Origin: Bryobacteraceae bacterium
Lineage (GTDB): Bacteria > Acidobacteriota > Terriglobia > Bryobacterales > Bryobacteraceae
NCBI GenBank assembly: GCA_036557345.1
Contig: DATBHS010000098.1
Coordinates: 8,605 to 72,604 of the forward strand
Direction of reading: 5' to 3'
DNA length: 64,000 nt
Position 1 is the first letter of the stretch; the number at the start of each line of letters is the position of its first letter. The notes under the pieces were generated by a model, which searched no databases, was not told where the DNA came from, and saw only the letters and a program-made list of their open reading frames with translations. The translations under genes were made by a program, and so were the position numbers. Shown here in pieces: positions 19,581 through 27,602 of this stretch.

Positions 19581-20630
19581 CTATTCCGCCCAGCCATGCG
19601 CCTGGCGCACTGAGATCATAGTCGAGAGAATCTTGTTCCACGTCTCGGGTTGCTGCATGACGCTGTTCGGAAACATGCAGCCGTCCCAGCAGGTATGCCG
19701 GAACGCCTTTAGCAGCCTTCCGTCCTCGTCGCGCATCCACAGGCCGGCTGCTTCGACGATATTCAATTTGCCGTTCGGATCGTCGGGCAGGCAGTGGTGG
19801 CCCGTCTTATCGTGAAGCCCGGAGCCTTTTACTGTTGCGTCGTTCTGCGCCACGTGGAAATCGATCGTCAAGGGGCGCAGGGCAGCGGTAAGCGCCTTCA
19901 GTGCAGAACGGAATGTTTCAGCATCCTTCCAGTCGAAATTCTCCGAAAGCAACCGGTCTTCCGGCGCATTGTATCCGAGCGCATATAAAAGCGTATGCGC
20001 CATGTCGGCTTGGAAGCCGATCGTCCGGCGTCGGTCAACCAGTTCCAGCAGTTCGATTGTTTTTCTCCAACTGTGAATCCCACCCCAACAGATTTCGCCT
20101 TCGACGGCGAGCCTCTCGCCGAAATCTTCGGCAATGGCGCACGCATCGCGAAAAGTTTGAGCAATCCGCGCGGAATTCCGCAACGGATCTTTGGCCCATT
20201 CCATCGGGCTGCAAGCCGAATCGATCCGGATTACGCCATACGTGCGAATGCCAAGCTCGCGCAAAGCGCTCCCGATGTGGCAAGCTTTTCTGACCTGAGT
20301 CAAAAAGCGGCTGCGCTCGTCTTCGCTCCCCATGGCGCTTCCGCCATCGGTGTTGGGCCAAACAGGCGCAACCAATGATCCCACCACCAGTTCTTTGGCG
20401 GCAATCCGGTCCGCCAGTCGCGTAAGGTCCTCTTTGCCGGAGTCGATATCGATGTGGGGCGCAAACAGAAAAAGATCTACGCCATCGAAACGCGCCCCGT
20501 CCGCTCGCGCGTTTGCGGTGAATTCGAGCATCGTATCGAGTCCGATATAGGGCTCCGAGCCCGGTCCTTTCCCGACCAGACCCGGCCACATCGCGTTGTG
20601 GATTTTTGGAAAGTTATTGTGAGTTGGCAT
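19581..20630 (-). CDS. Sugar phosphate isomerase/epimerase (TIM barrel)
   Basis: 349 aa. AP-endo-2/xylose-isomerase-like pattern. Lies 12 nt upstream of the Gfo/Idh/MocA gene and overlaps the PQQ dehydrogenase stop. Confidence 0.7.
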   Translation of the reverse strand: MPTHNNFPKIHNAMWPGLVGKGPGSEPYIGLDTMLEFTANARADGARFDGVDLFLFAPHIDIDSGKEDLTRLADRIAAKELVVGSLVAPVWPNTDGGSAMGSEDERSRFLTQVRKACHIGSALRELGIRTYGVIRIDSACSPMEWAKDPLRNSARIAQTFRDACAIAEDFGERLAVEGEICWGGIHSWRKTIELLELVDRRRTIGFQADMAHTLLYALGYNAPEDRLLSENFDWKDAETFRSALKALTAALRPLTIDFHVAQNDATVKGSGLHDKTGHHCLPDDPNGKLNIVEAAGLWMRDEDGRLLKAFRHTCWDGCMFPNSVMQQPETWNKILSTMISVRQAHGWAE

Positions 20631-22185
20631 GCGTTGAATGAATGGGCAATGCCCATGCGAACAAAACTCCGCCGCTTCCAGTCACCACGTATTGCCGGCC
20701 ATCGAGCTCATAGGTGATAGGAGAACTCTCCATCGGTGCGCCCGCGCCCGCATGCCAGAGAGTCCGGCCGTCGCTCGTTGCCAGCGCGAGAGTATTGCCC
20801 TCGGCGTCACCGGTAAAGATCAATCCCGAATCGGTCGTCAGCACTCCCGCGCCCGACCCGCCCGGGCCGAGTTCGTGTGTCCAGCAGATCTTCCCGGTTC
20901 TGTAGTCGATCGCATCCAGTACACCCTTCCCCCAGATGTCGTAATCAGCTCCAGCCCAACCGAATGCGCCATCTGCCGGCTTCGCGAAGTAGATGCCGTA
21001 GCTGGGATGTGCGTCAACGATGAACAGGCCGGCCTTTGGATCGAAGCTGGGCGAGCGATAATTTGTGAGGCCGCCTTCGTCAGGAGCGATCAGCCGCCCG
21101 TCTCGCGCGGGTTCCTTGGCCGGATTGGGAACTGGTTCGCCATGTTCATTCACTCCGAGCGCCCAGTTCACCGGCCCGAAGGGAACGGTGAGAAGATTCT
21201 TTCCATCCGTGCGGTCGAGAACGAAGAAATAACCGTTGCGTGACGTCTGCATCAGCATCTTGCGCGGTTTCCCATTGAACTCCGCATCCACGAGTACGGG
21301 TGTCTCGACCGCATCCCAATCGTGCGTGTCGTGCGGCGAAGGCTGAAAGGCCCAGGCCAGCTTGCCCGTGTCGGGATTGATCGCTACGATACTGCACGTA
21401 TAAAGATTTGCGCCCGGGCGCGGCTTGCCATTCAGAACCGGCGTCGGATTCCCGGTCCCCCAAAAGACAAGGTTCAAGTCGGGATCGTACGTTCCCGTCA
21501 TCCATGTCATGCCTCCGGAGGTCGTATCCGGCGTTCCCACCGGTGGGGTGCTGTACCAGTCCCACTGCGTCTTGCCTGTTTCGGGGTTGACAGATCGCAA
21601 GAAGCCGCGAAGGTTGTCGAAGTCGCCCGAAACGCCGACTATGACGTGATCGCGCACAACCAGAGGCGACATAGTCGTCCAGTAGCCTTGGCGCGAATCG
21701 GCAATTACAACGTTCCAACGCACGCTGCCATCTTTAGCGTTCAGAGACACCAGGTGCGCGTCCGGAGTGGTGAAGTAAAGCCAGTCCCTGTACATCGCGA
21801 CGCCGCGCTGGCCGATATAAAAGCCCTTATTCTCCGTATACGTGTAGTGCCAGATCTGATGGCCCGAGCGCGCATCCACCGCCCAGACATTGTTCGGAAC
21901 CGTGAAATATAAGATGCCGTTGACCAGCAGGGGCGAGCATTTCAGCGCGGCGCTCTGCCCGGTCTGGAACTCCCAGGCCAAAGCCAACCCGCCCACGTTT
22001 TGCGGCGTAATTTGCATTAGCTTGCTGTGACGCCTGCCGGAATAGTCGCCGTGGTATCCCGGCCAACTATCGGCCGGCGGATCGAGAAGCATAGCGGGAT
22101 CCAATCCCTGCGCGAGCAGCGGCGGCCCCAGGATGAATGTAATTTGGACGAATGCAAGTTGCACGACTGCGGACGCAAGTTTCAT
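20614..22185 (-). CDS. PQQ-dependent dehydrogenase (quinoprotein beta-propeller)
   Basis: WPGYHGDYSGRRHSKLMQITPQNVGGLALAWEFQTG...SPLLVNGILYFTVPNNVWAVDARSGHQIWHY shows repeated W-motif propeller blades. ATG at 22185 gives a signal peptide and avoids overlap with the upstream gene. Confidence 0.8.
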   Translation of the reverse strand: MKLASAVVQLAFVQITFILGPPLLAQGLDPAMLLDPPADSWPGYHGDYSGRRHSKLMQITPQNVGGLALAWEFQTGQSAALKCSPLLVNGILYFTVPNNVWAVDARSGHQIWHYTYTENKGFYIGQRGVAMYRDWLYFTTPDAHLVSLNAKDGSVRWNVVIADSRQGYWTTMSPLVVRDHVIVGVSGDFDNLRGFLRSVNPETGKTQWDWYSTPPVGTPDTTSGGMTWMTGTYDPDLNLVFWGTGNPTPVLNGKPRPGANLYTCSIVAINPDTGKLAWAFQPSPHDTHDWDAVETPVLVDAEFNGKPRKMLMQTSRNGYFFVLDRTDGKNLLTVPFGPVNWALGVNEHGEPVPNPAKEPARDGRLIAPDEGGLTNYRSPSFDPKAGLFIVDAHPSYGIYFAKPADGAFGWAGADYDIWGKGVLDAIDYRTGKICWTHELGPGGSGAGVLTTDSGLIFTGDAEGNTLALATSDGRTLWHAGAGAPMESSPITYELDGRQYVVTGSGGVLFAWALPIHSTHANSQ

Positions 22186-22210
22186 TCGGTTGTCGGTGCA
22201 ATCCAGGGTA

Positions 22211-23206
22211 TCAACTACCTGAAACTGAGGCGGAACGTGAGCGACCTTGAACCAGCGGCTCAATAGCCGCCCGCAACGATGCTTCCTCCATTGCTCCGGG
22301 ATGGTAAAGTCTCACGATGCCCTGGCGGTCTACCAGGACAATCGTCGGCGTGGTGCTCGCGCCGAACCGCTCAAAATTGCCCGCATCCACCGGAACCTGC
22401 GCGTTTGGAATATCTGAATAGTACTTCTGATAAACCTTTTCAACAAAAGGCAGCTCCACGGCAGGCGCCGCGTGTTCCTCCTGCGCGGTGTAGCCGTATA
22501 AGCGAGTCGGCGCGATGACAGCTAATCCCTTCGGTTCAAACTCCGTTGCCAGCTTGGCAATAATGGGGGCCTCGGCTTTGCAATCCGCGCACCAGTGAGC
22601 CCAGAAGAACAGTAAGAGCACCTTACCGCGCCGCATGTTTTCCGGCTGCGGCTTTACACCAATCCACTTCGTCTCACGCAGCAGGGGCATGGGCTTGCCC
22701 TGCAGAGTCATCAAGTTGATGTTTTTCTGGAGGCGGTCAACTAGCGATGTTCCTCTCCATGTCTTCAGAGCAGTTTGCAAAAGTTGTAGCGCCTCTGCGC
22801 GTCGCTGCGTCTGAGCGAGCGCTTCGGCCTGTACTTCGTAGGCTGCTCCCAGCGCAAGCGGCAGATGCGGCTCCGCGTCCAGTTTCCGTGTTGCAAGCGT
22901 TGTGCGCGAGATGCGCTCGATCTCTTCGGCGTCCTTCACGGCCTGGTCCCTGTGCCCAAAGATCAGTTCACCGCGAGCCAGCCAGGAGAACGCCTCAAGC
23001 GCTTCCGGCGTGTCACCGTATAATTTCCGGTACTGCGCAACCATCGCCGCGGCCGACTGCAAGTCGCCCTGTTGAAGCGCCATTTGCACGTAGGCAACCA
23101 CCTTGGGTGTAGCTGGCTGCCCGTAACTCTGCTCTCCCGTGGAAACAGGGCTCAACAATGCCAGAATGGCGACGGCGGGAAGCCAGGTCATGATTGCTGG
23201 ACGCAC
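22211..23206 (-). CDS. TlpA-like thiol:disulfide oxidoreductase with N-terminal TPR-like region
   Basis: 331 aa. Has a signal peptide, a helical repeat region, and a thioredoxin fold with LLFFWAHWCADCKAE (CxxC). Confidence 0.75.
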   Translation of the reverse strand: MRPAIMTWLPAVAILALLSPVSTGEQSYGQPATPKVVAYVQMALQQGDLQSAAAMVAQYRKLYGDTPEALEAFSWLARGELIFGHRDQAVKDAEEIERISRTTLATRKLDAEPHLPLALGAAYEVQAEALAQTQRRAEALQLLQTALKTWRGTSLVDRLQKNINLMTLQGKPMPLLRETKWIGVKPQPENMRRGKVLLLFFWAHWCADCKAEAPIIAKLATEFEPKGLAVIAPTRLYGYTAQEEHAAPAVELPFVEKVYQKYYSDIPNAQVPVDAGNFERFGASTTPTIVLVDRQGIVRLYHPGAMEEASLRAAIEPLVQGRSRSASVSGS

Positions 23207-24081
23207 AGATTCTTCAGATAGTCGCGGAATTGAGTTCCCAGGTCGTGCCGGTTCAACGCAAACTCGACGGTAGCTTTCAGGAAACCGAGCTTGTCGCCGG
23301 CATCGTAGCGCGTTCCTTCGAACTTCAGGCCATAGATAGGCCGGTTCCGCAGCATGTACTTCAACGCATCGGTGAGCTGAATTTCCCCGCCGCTGCCCGG
23401 CTCAATTGATTCGATGCAGGTGAAGATTTCCGGTGTGAGGACGTAGCGTCCGATAATCGCCAGGTTCGACGGCGCATCCGCCGGCTTGGGCTTCTCCACC
23501 ATGTTGCGAATCCGGAACAGGCGGTTCTCGCGGCCGTTGTCGGAAACCAGTTCCGCATCCACGACGCCATAAGCCGAAATATGGTCGCTCGGCACTTCCA
23601 TCAGCGCAAGTACAGATGCGCCGTAGTATTCATACACATCCAGCAACTGCCGGATGCACGGAGTTTCGGAGGCGATGATATCGTCCGACAGGACGACCGT
23701 GAACGGCTCGTTTCCCACCAGCTCCTTGACGCGGAGCACTGCGTGACCTAATCCCAGAGCTTCTTTCTGCCGAACATACGCTACGTCGATCATGTCCGAA
23801 ATCGCCCGTACCATAGACAGCATGTCCGTCTTCTGCTTCGATTCGAGTAATTGCTCCAGCTCGAAGCTGACGTCGAAATGGTCCTCGATCGACGATTTCC
23901 CTCGCCCGGTAACGATGATGATGTTCTGGATTCCGGAATGCATCGCCTCTTCCACGCCATACTGAATCAGAGGCTTGTCCACAATCGGAAGCATTTCCTT
24001 CGGCTGGGCCTTCGTCGCCGGCAGAAACCTGGTCCCCAGCCCCGCGGCCGGAAATACTGCTTTGCGCACCTTTGGAATCAT
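23188..24081 (-). CDS. galU: UTP--glucose-1-phosphate uridylyltransferase
   Basis: KAVFPAAGLGTRFLPATKAQPKEMLPIVDKPLIQYGVEEA. ATG at 24081 (MIPKVRKAVFPAAG) matches the usual GalU N-terminus. The ORF is open to 24141. Confidence 0.85.
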   Translation of the reverse strand: MIPKVRKAVFPAAGLGTRFLPATKAQPKEMLPIVDKPLIQYGVEEAMHSGIQNIIIVTGRGKSSIEDHFDVSFELEQLLESKQKTDMLSMVRAISDMIDVAYVRQKEALGLGHAVLRVKELVGNEPFTVVLSDDIIASETPCIRQLLDVYEYYGASVLALMEVPSDHISAYGVVDAELVSDNGRENRLFRIRNMVEKPKPADAPSNLAIIGRYVLTPEIFTCIESIEPGSGGEIQLTDALKYMLRNRPIYGLKFEGTRYDAGDKLGFLKATVEFALNRHDLGTQFRDYLKNLCVQQS

Positions 24082-24237
24082 CACTCGCCATTTTAGGGGA
24101 TCGGCGTAATCGCCGCTTTTCCCTGTCTTTCCAACGCTCACGGCGTGAATTCCACCGCTCGCTGAACCCTCTTTGTTTCTCGATTCGGCGGTGTGCTAAT
24201 CGTAGATTTAAGGTTTAGTTGTGAACCGGAATATAGA

Positions 24238-24498
24238 ATGGCTTACGTAATTGCCGAACCCTGCATCGGAACAAAAGATAGCTCCTGCGTCGATGCCTGC
24301 CCTGTGGATTGCATTCACCCTAAGAAGGATGAAGAGAAGTTCGAAGGTGAAGAAATGCTGTATATCGACCCGGTTGAATGCATCGATTGCGGAGCCTGTG
24401 TCCCGGTGTGCCCGGTCTCAGCTATCTTCGCTCTCGACGATCTGCCCGATAAATGGGCCGACTTTGCCCAGCGGAACGCAGCCTTCTTCGGACGCTAA
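24238..24498 (+). CDS. fdxA: Ferredoxin (7Fe type, 3Fe-4S + 4Fe-4S)
   Basis: [28 protein letters not shown]...[20 protein letters not shown] at 24238 lies inside the longer ORF-track entry. Confidence 0.85.
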   Translation: MAYVIAEPCIGTKDSSCVDACPVDCIHPKKDEEKFEGEEMLYIDPVECIDCGACVPVCPVSAIFALDDLPDKWADFAQRNAAFFGR

Positions 24499-24531
24499 CG
24501 GAACCGCGGGCGTGAGGCAGCGGATCACCCA

Positions 24532-24894
24532 TCAAGGCCGGTACACGGCATATGATGTGTCCGTCTCCCAAACCCGTACAAACGCGATTGATGCCGGTGC
24601 CACTCCGCTCTTCAGTTCTTCGTAAAAGAACTTTGCGATGTTTTCCGCCGAAGGATTGATCTGGTCGAACGGTTTCAGATCGTTAATGAACTGGTGATCC
24701 AGGTACTCGCTGGTGGCACGCAGCCGTTTCTTCAGCTCCGAAAAGTCAAAGAGCAGCCCGTTCGCATCCAATTCCGGGCCCGCTACTCCTATCTGCACGC
24801 GATAGTTGTGGCCATGCACATTCTCACACTTGCCGTGATAGTTTCGAAGCGCATGCCCTGCAGCGAATGTGTGCTCTACGCAAACCTCAAACAT
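24532..24894 (-). CDS. queD: 6-carboxy-5,6,7,8-tetrahydropterin synthase
   Basis: 120 aa. FAAGHALRNYHGKCENVHGHNYRV is the PTPS/QueD His-triad motif. Confidence 0.85.
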   Translation of the reverse strand: MFEVCVEHTFAAGHALRNYHGKCENVHGHNYRVQIGVAGPELDANGLLFDFSELKKRLRATSEYLDHQFINDLKPFDQINPSAENIAKFFYEELKSGVAPASIAFVRVWETDTSYAVYRP

Positions 24895-26836
24895 GGAAAA
24901 ATTCTTGGATGTCCCTCAGCTCTCTGGTGAAGCGGTACGGAGGGAGACTGTCAAGAAACACTCGCCCGTACGGCAGCTTGATAATCCTATTATCCAGTAG
25001 AACGAGCACGCCGCGATCTGCAGTTCCGCGAATCAGCCGTCCAAAACCCTGTTTCAGCGCCAGCGCTGCCTGCGGAATCTGGTATTCGTAGAACGCATTG
25101 CCGCCATTTTGCCTGACCGCTTCAGTCCTCGCTGCCACCACCGGATCGGTCGGCACGGCGAACGGCAGGCGGTCGACGATCACGCAGCTTAACTGCTCGC
25201 CTTGCACGTCCACGCCTTGCCAGAAACTCGATGTTCCAAACAGGACGGCGCCGGGCGTAACACGGAACGTCTCGATCAATGCCGTCCGGGGCGCATCGCC
25301 CTGCAGCAGCAACGGGTAGTCGAGCCGCTTTCTCAGCAACTCGTGCAACTGTCGCATCTGCTGATAGCTGGTAAACAGGATAAAGGCTCTGCCGCGCGAA
25401 GCGTCGATCACTTTCTCGATCTCATCGGCGGCTTTCAGCGTGAACGCCTGCTGGCGCGGATCCGGCAGGTGGGGCGGTACATAGAACAGCACCTGTTTCG
25501 CGTAGTCGTACGGGCTGTCTACATGCAGAGTTCTGGCGGTCTCCAATCCCAGCCGTCCTTGTGAATATTCGAAGCTGCCCGCGACCGTCAGTGTCGCCGA
25601 CGTAAGAATCACCGATTCAACGCGGTCGAACAGGCGGGCGCGCAAGGTGGGTGCGACGTCGATCGGAGTTGCCTGCAAATACAATCCGCGTCCGCGCCGC
25701 TCCACCCAATAGACGAAGCTGGTATCGCTGCTCTCCATGAAAAACCTGAGTCCTTGCTGAATCAGCTTCGCGCGCCGGACCAGCGGGAGAGTGTCCTCTA
25801 CAGCGCCTTGCACCAATTCCAGACGTGCGCACAATGCCTCGAGTGCCAGCAGCAGCTCATGATAGGCGTCCTCGTGGCTTTCGAGAAATTTTTCCTGATC
25901 TCGAAATCCTTGCCTACCTTCTTGAGGGAAGAGCCGGAAGAAGCCCTCGGCCCGGTCCCCGATATGGACCAGCGCCCGGTCAAGCTCCGGGCCGCCAAAC
26001 TGCTTCTGCTGCGCGACCCGCCCGATATCTTTTGCCAGTTCCTGGACCTGGAGATTGCTAATGCTCATCCCGAAGTACTGGCCGGCCACATCTTCAATTT
26101 CGTGTGCTTCGTCAAAGATCACCGCTGAATAGTCCGGCAAAATGGGGAACGCCTGGTCCCGCATCGCCAGGTCCGCGAAAAACAGATGATGATTCACGAT
26201 AATGATGTCGCTCTTTGCGGCCCGTCGATGCATCTCCGTGATAAAACATCGCTCGAACTGCTGGCACTGCTGGCCGGCGCAATTGTCGGCTCGCGCGTCG
26301 AATTTCCACCACACAGCGCTGTTCTCCGGAATGGTCCGCAGTTCGCTGCGGTCGCCCGTCACTGTCGTCCTCTCCCATTCCCGGATAATCTGAAACTCGC
26401 GATGCTCGTCCAGGCCCGCGAGCACGGGTTCTCTCTCGGCGTCGTACACCTTCTGCCGGCAAAGATAGTTGGCCCGTCCTTTCATGTAGCAGACGGACAG
26501 CGAACGCTCGACGAGCGACTGAAGAAACGGCACATCCTTAAAGAAGAGCTGCTCTTGCAGATTCTTGGTCCCGGTTGAAATGACCACGCGCTTGCCCGAC
26601 AGAATGGACGGAACCAGGTATGCCAGCGTTTTTCCCGTTCCCGTCCCGGCTTCGACGATCAGATGTCGGTGGTCTGCCAGCGCGCCTGCAACCGCCTCAG
26701 CCATATCCAGTTGCCCGCGCCGGTACTCATATTGGGGATGCGAGCGCGAAAGAATCCCGTTGCGTGCGAAAAACTGCTTCGGCGTCAGCTTGGGCGTATG
26801 CTGGCCCGCCTTCTCAAACTTTACTTTGTTCTTCAC
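24887..26836 (-). CDS. DinG/XPD-like ATP-dependent DNA helicase with Fe-S domain
   Basis: YEYRRGQLDMAEAVAGAL...LIVEAGTGTGKTLAYLVP (Walker A) and DEAH box IFDEAHE. Four Cys lie in CYMKGRANYLC...NCAGQQCQQFERC. Start is uncertain. GTG at 26836 is chosen because the ORF-track start at 27094 overlaps the divergent iorA-like gene and encodes non-protein-like sequence. Confidence 0.8.
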   Translation of the reverse strand: MKNKVKFEKAGQHTPKLTPKQFFARNGILSRSHPQYEYRRGQLDMAEAVAGALADHRHLIVEAGTGTGKTLAYLVPSILSGKRVVISTGTKNLQEQLFFKDVPFLQSLVERSLSVCYMKGRANYLCRQKVYDAEREPVLAGLDEHREFQIIREWERTTVTGDRSELRTIPENSAVWWKFDARADNCAGQQCQQFERCFITEMHRRAAKSDIIIVNHHLFFADLAMRDQAFPILPDYSAVIFDEAHEIEDVAGQYFGMSISNLQVQELAKDIGRVAQQKQFGGPELDRALVHIGDRAEGFFRLFPQEGRQGFRDQEKFLESHEDAYHELLLALEALCARLELVQGAVEDTLPLVRRAKLIQQGLRFFMESSDTSFVYWVERRGRGLYLQATPIDVAPTLRARLFDRVESVILTSATLTVAGSFEYSQGRLGLETARTLHVDSPYDYAKQVLFYVPPHLPDPRQQAFTLKAADEIEKVIDASRGRAFILFTSYQQMRQLHELLRKRLDYPLLLQGDAPRTALIETFRVTPGAVLFGTSSFWQGVDVQGEQLSCVIVDRLPFAVPTDPVVAARTEAVRQNGGNAFYEYQIPQAALALKQGFGRLIRGTADRGVLVLLDNRIIKLPYGRVFLDSLPPYRFTRELRDIQEFFHV

Positions 26837-27074
26837 TCGAAACTGCTCACGGCGGGCCCAAGGAAACTTTGAGTGTAGTACGCGTGAGCAGTGGGGCAGA
26901 AGGTCTTGCCGTCTGCCGCAGGACTTGTTTAGTCCGGCGTGAATCGACTCAACCGGGACTGAGCCGCGACGGCAAGGGAGCGGTCTTTTCGACGCAGACC
27001 GTGAGAACCCCAAAATATGAAATTCTGGAGGGTAAGATAGAACACCGGGCAGACGACACTCAAAGGAGATCGCT

Positions 27075-27602
27075 ATGGCCACTATCCTCGTCAACGGAAT
27101 AAAACGCGAAGTTCAGGCGTCAACTGATACGCCTTTGCTCTACGTCTTGCGAAACGACCTCGAGCTTTCAGGCCCCCAGTTTGGTTGTGGGCTTGCCCAA
27201 TGCGGAGCGTGTTCCGTACTGCTCAACGGCAAGGAGATTCGATCCTGCATTACGCCGCTGTCCGCCGTCGGCGATAAGGAGGTCACGACGCTTGAGGGTC
27301 TTCCGGCGCGATGGGCCAAACAAAAGGGCCTGACTGCGGAACAGGCAGCGAAAACTCTTCATCCGGTCCAGGAGGCGTGGATCGCCGAGCAGACGCCGCA
27401 GTGCGGGTTCTGTCAGAACGGGATGATGATCAAGGCTACAGAGCTGCTGGAGCATATTCCGTCACCTGCCGTCGCGGAGATCAAGGAGGCGTTTACTTCC
27501 GGCGTCTCTCCGCACCTTTGTCGTTGTGGAACCTATACGGCGATCATCCAGGCTGTACAGCGGGCCGCCACTCAAATGGCGAAAGGGGCTAAAGTACTAT
27601 GA
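27075..27602 (+). CDS. (2Fe-2S)-binding small subunit of an aldehyde oxidase/isoquinoline oxidoreductase-type molybdoenzyme
   Basis: 175 aa. GCGLAQCGACSVLLNG and CGFCQNGMM...CRCGTY are the two [2Fe-2S] motifs. Confidence 0.85.
   Translation: MATILVNGIKREVQASTDTPLLYVLRNDLELSGPQFGCGLAQCGACSVLLNGKEIRSCITPLSAVGDKEVTTLEGLPARWAKQKGLTAEQAAKTLHPVQEAWIAEQTPQCGFCQNGMMIKATELLEHIPSPAVAEIKEAFTSGVSPHLCRCGTYTAIIQAVQRAATQMAKGAKVL

Noticed and set aside
24887-26836. DinG-family helicase as a CRISPR-associated (type IV Csf4-like) component of the csm system.
   Set aside because: It lies 19 kb away on the opposite strand, in a queD/ferredoxin/galU housekeeping context. It has the intact XPD-type Fe-S cluster typical of chromosomal repair helicases.
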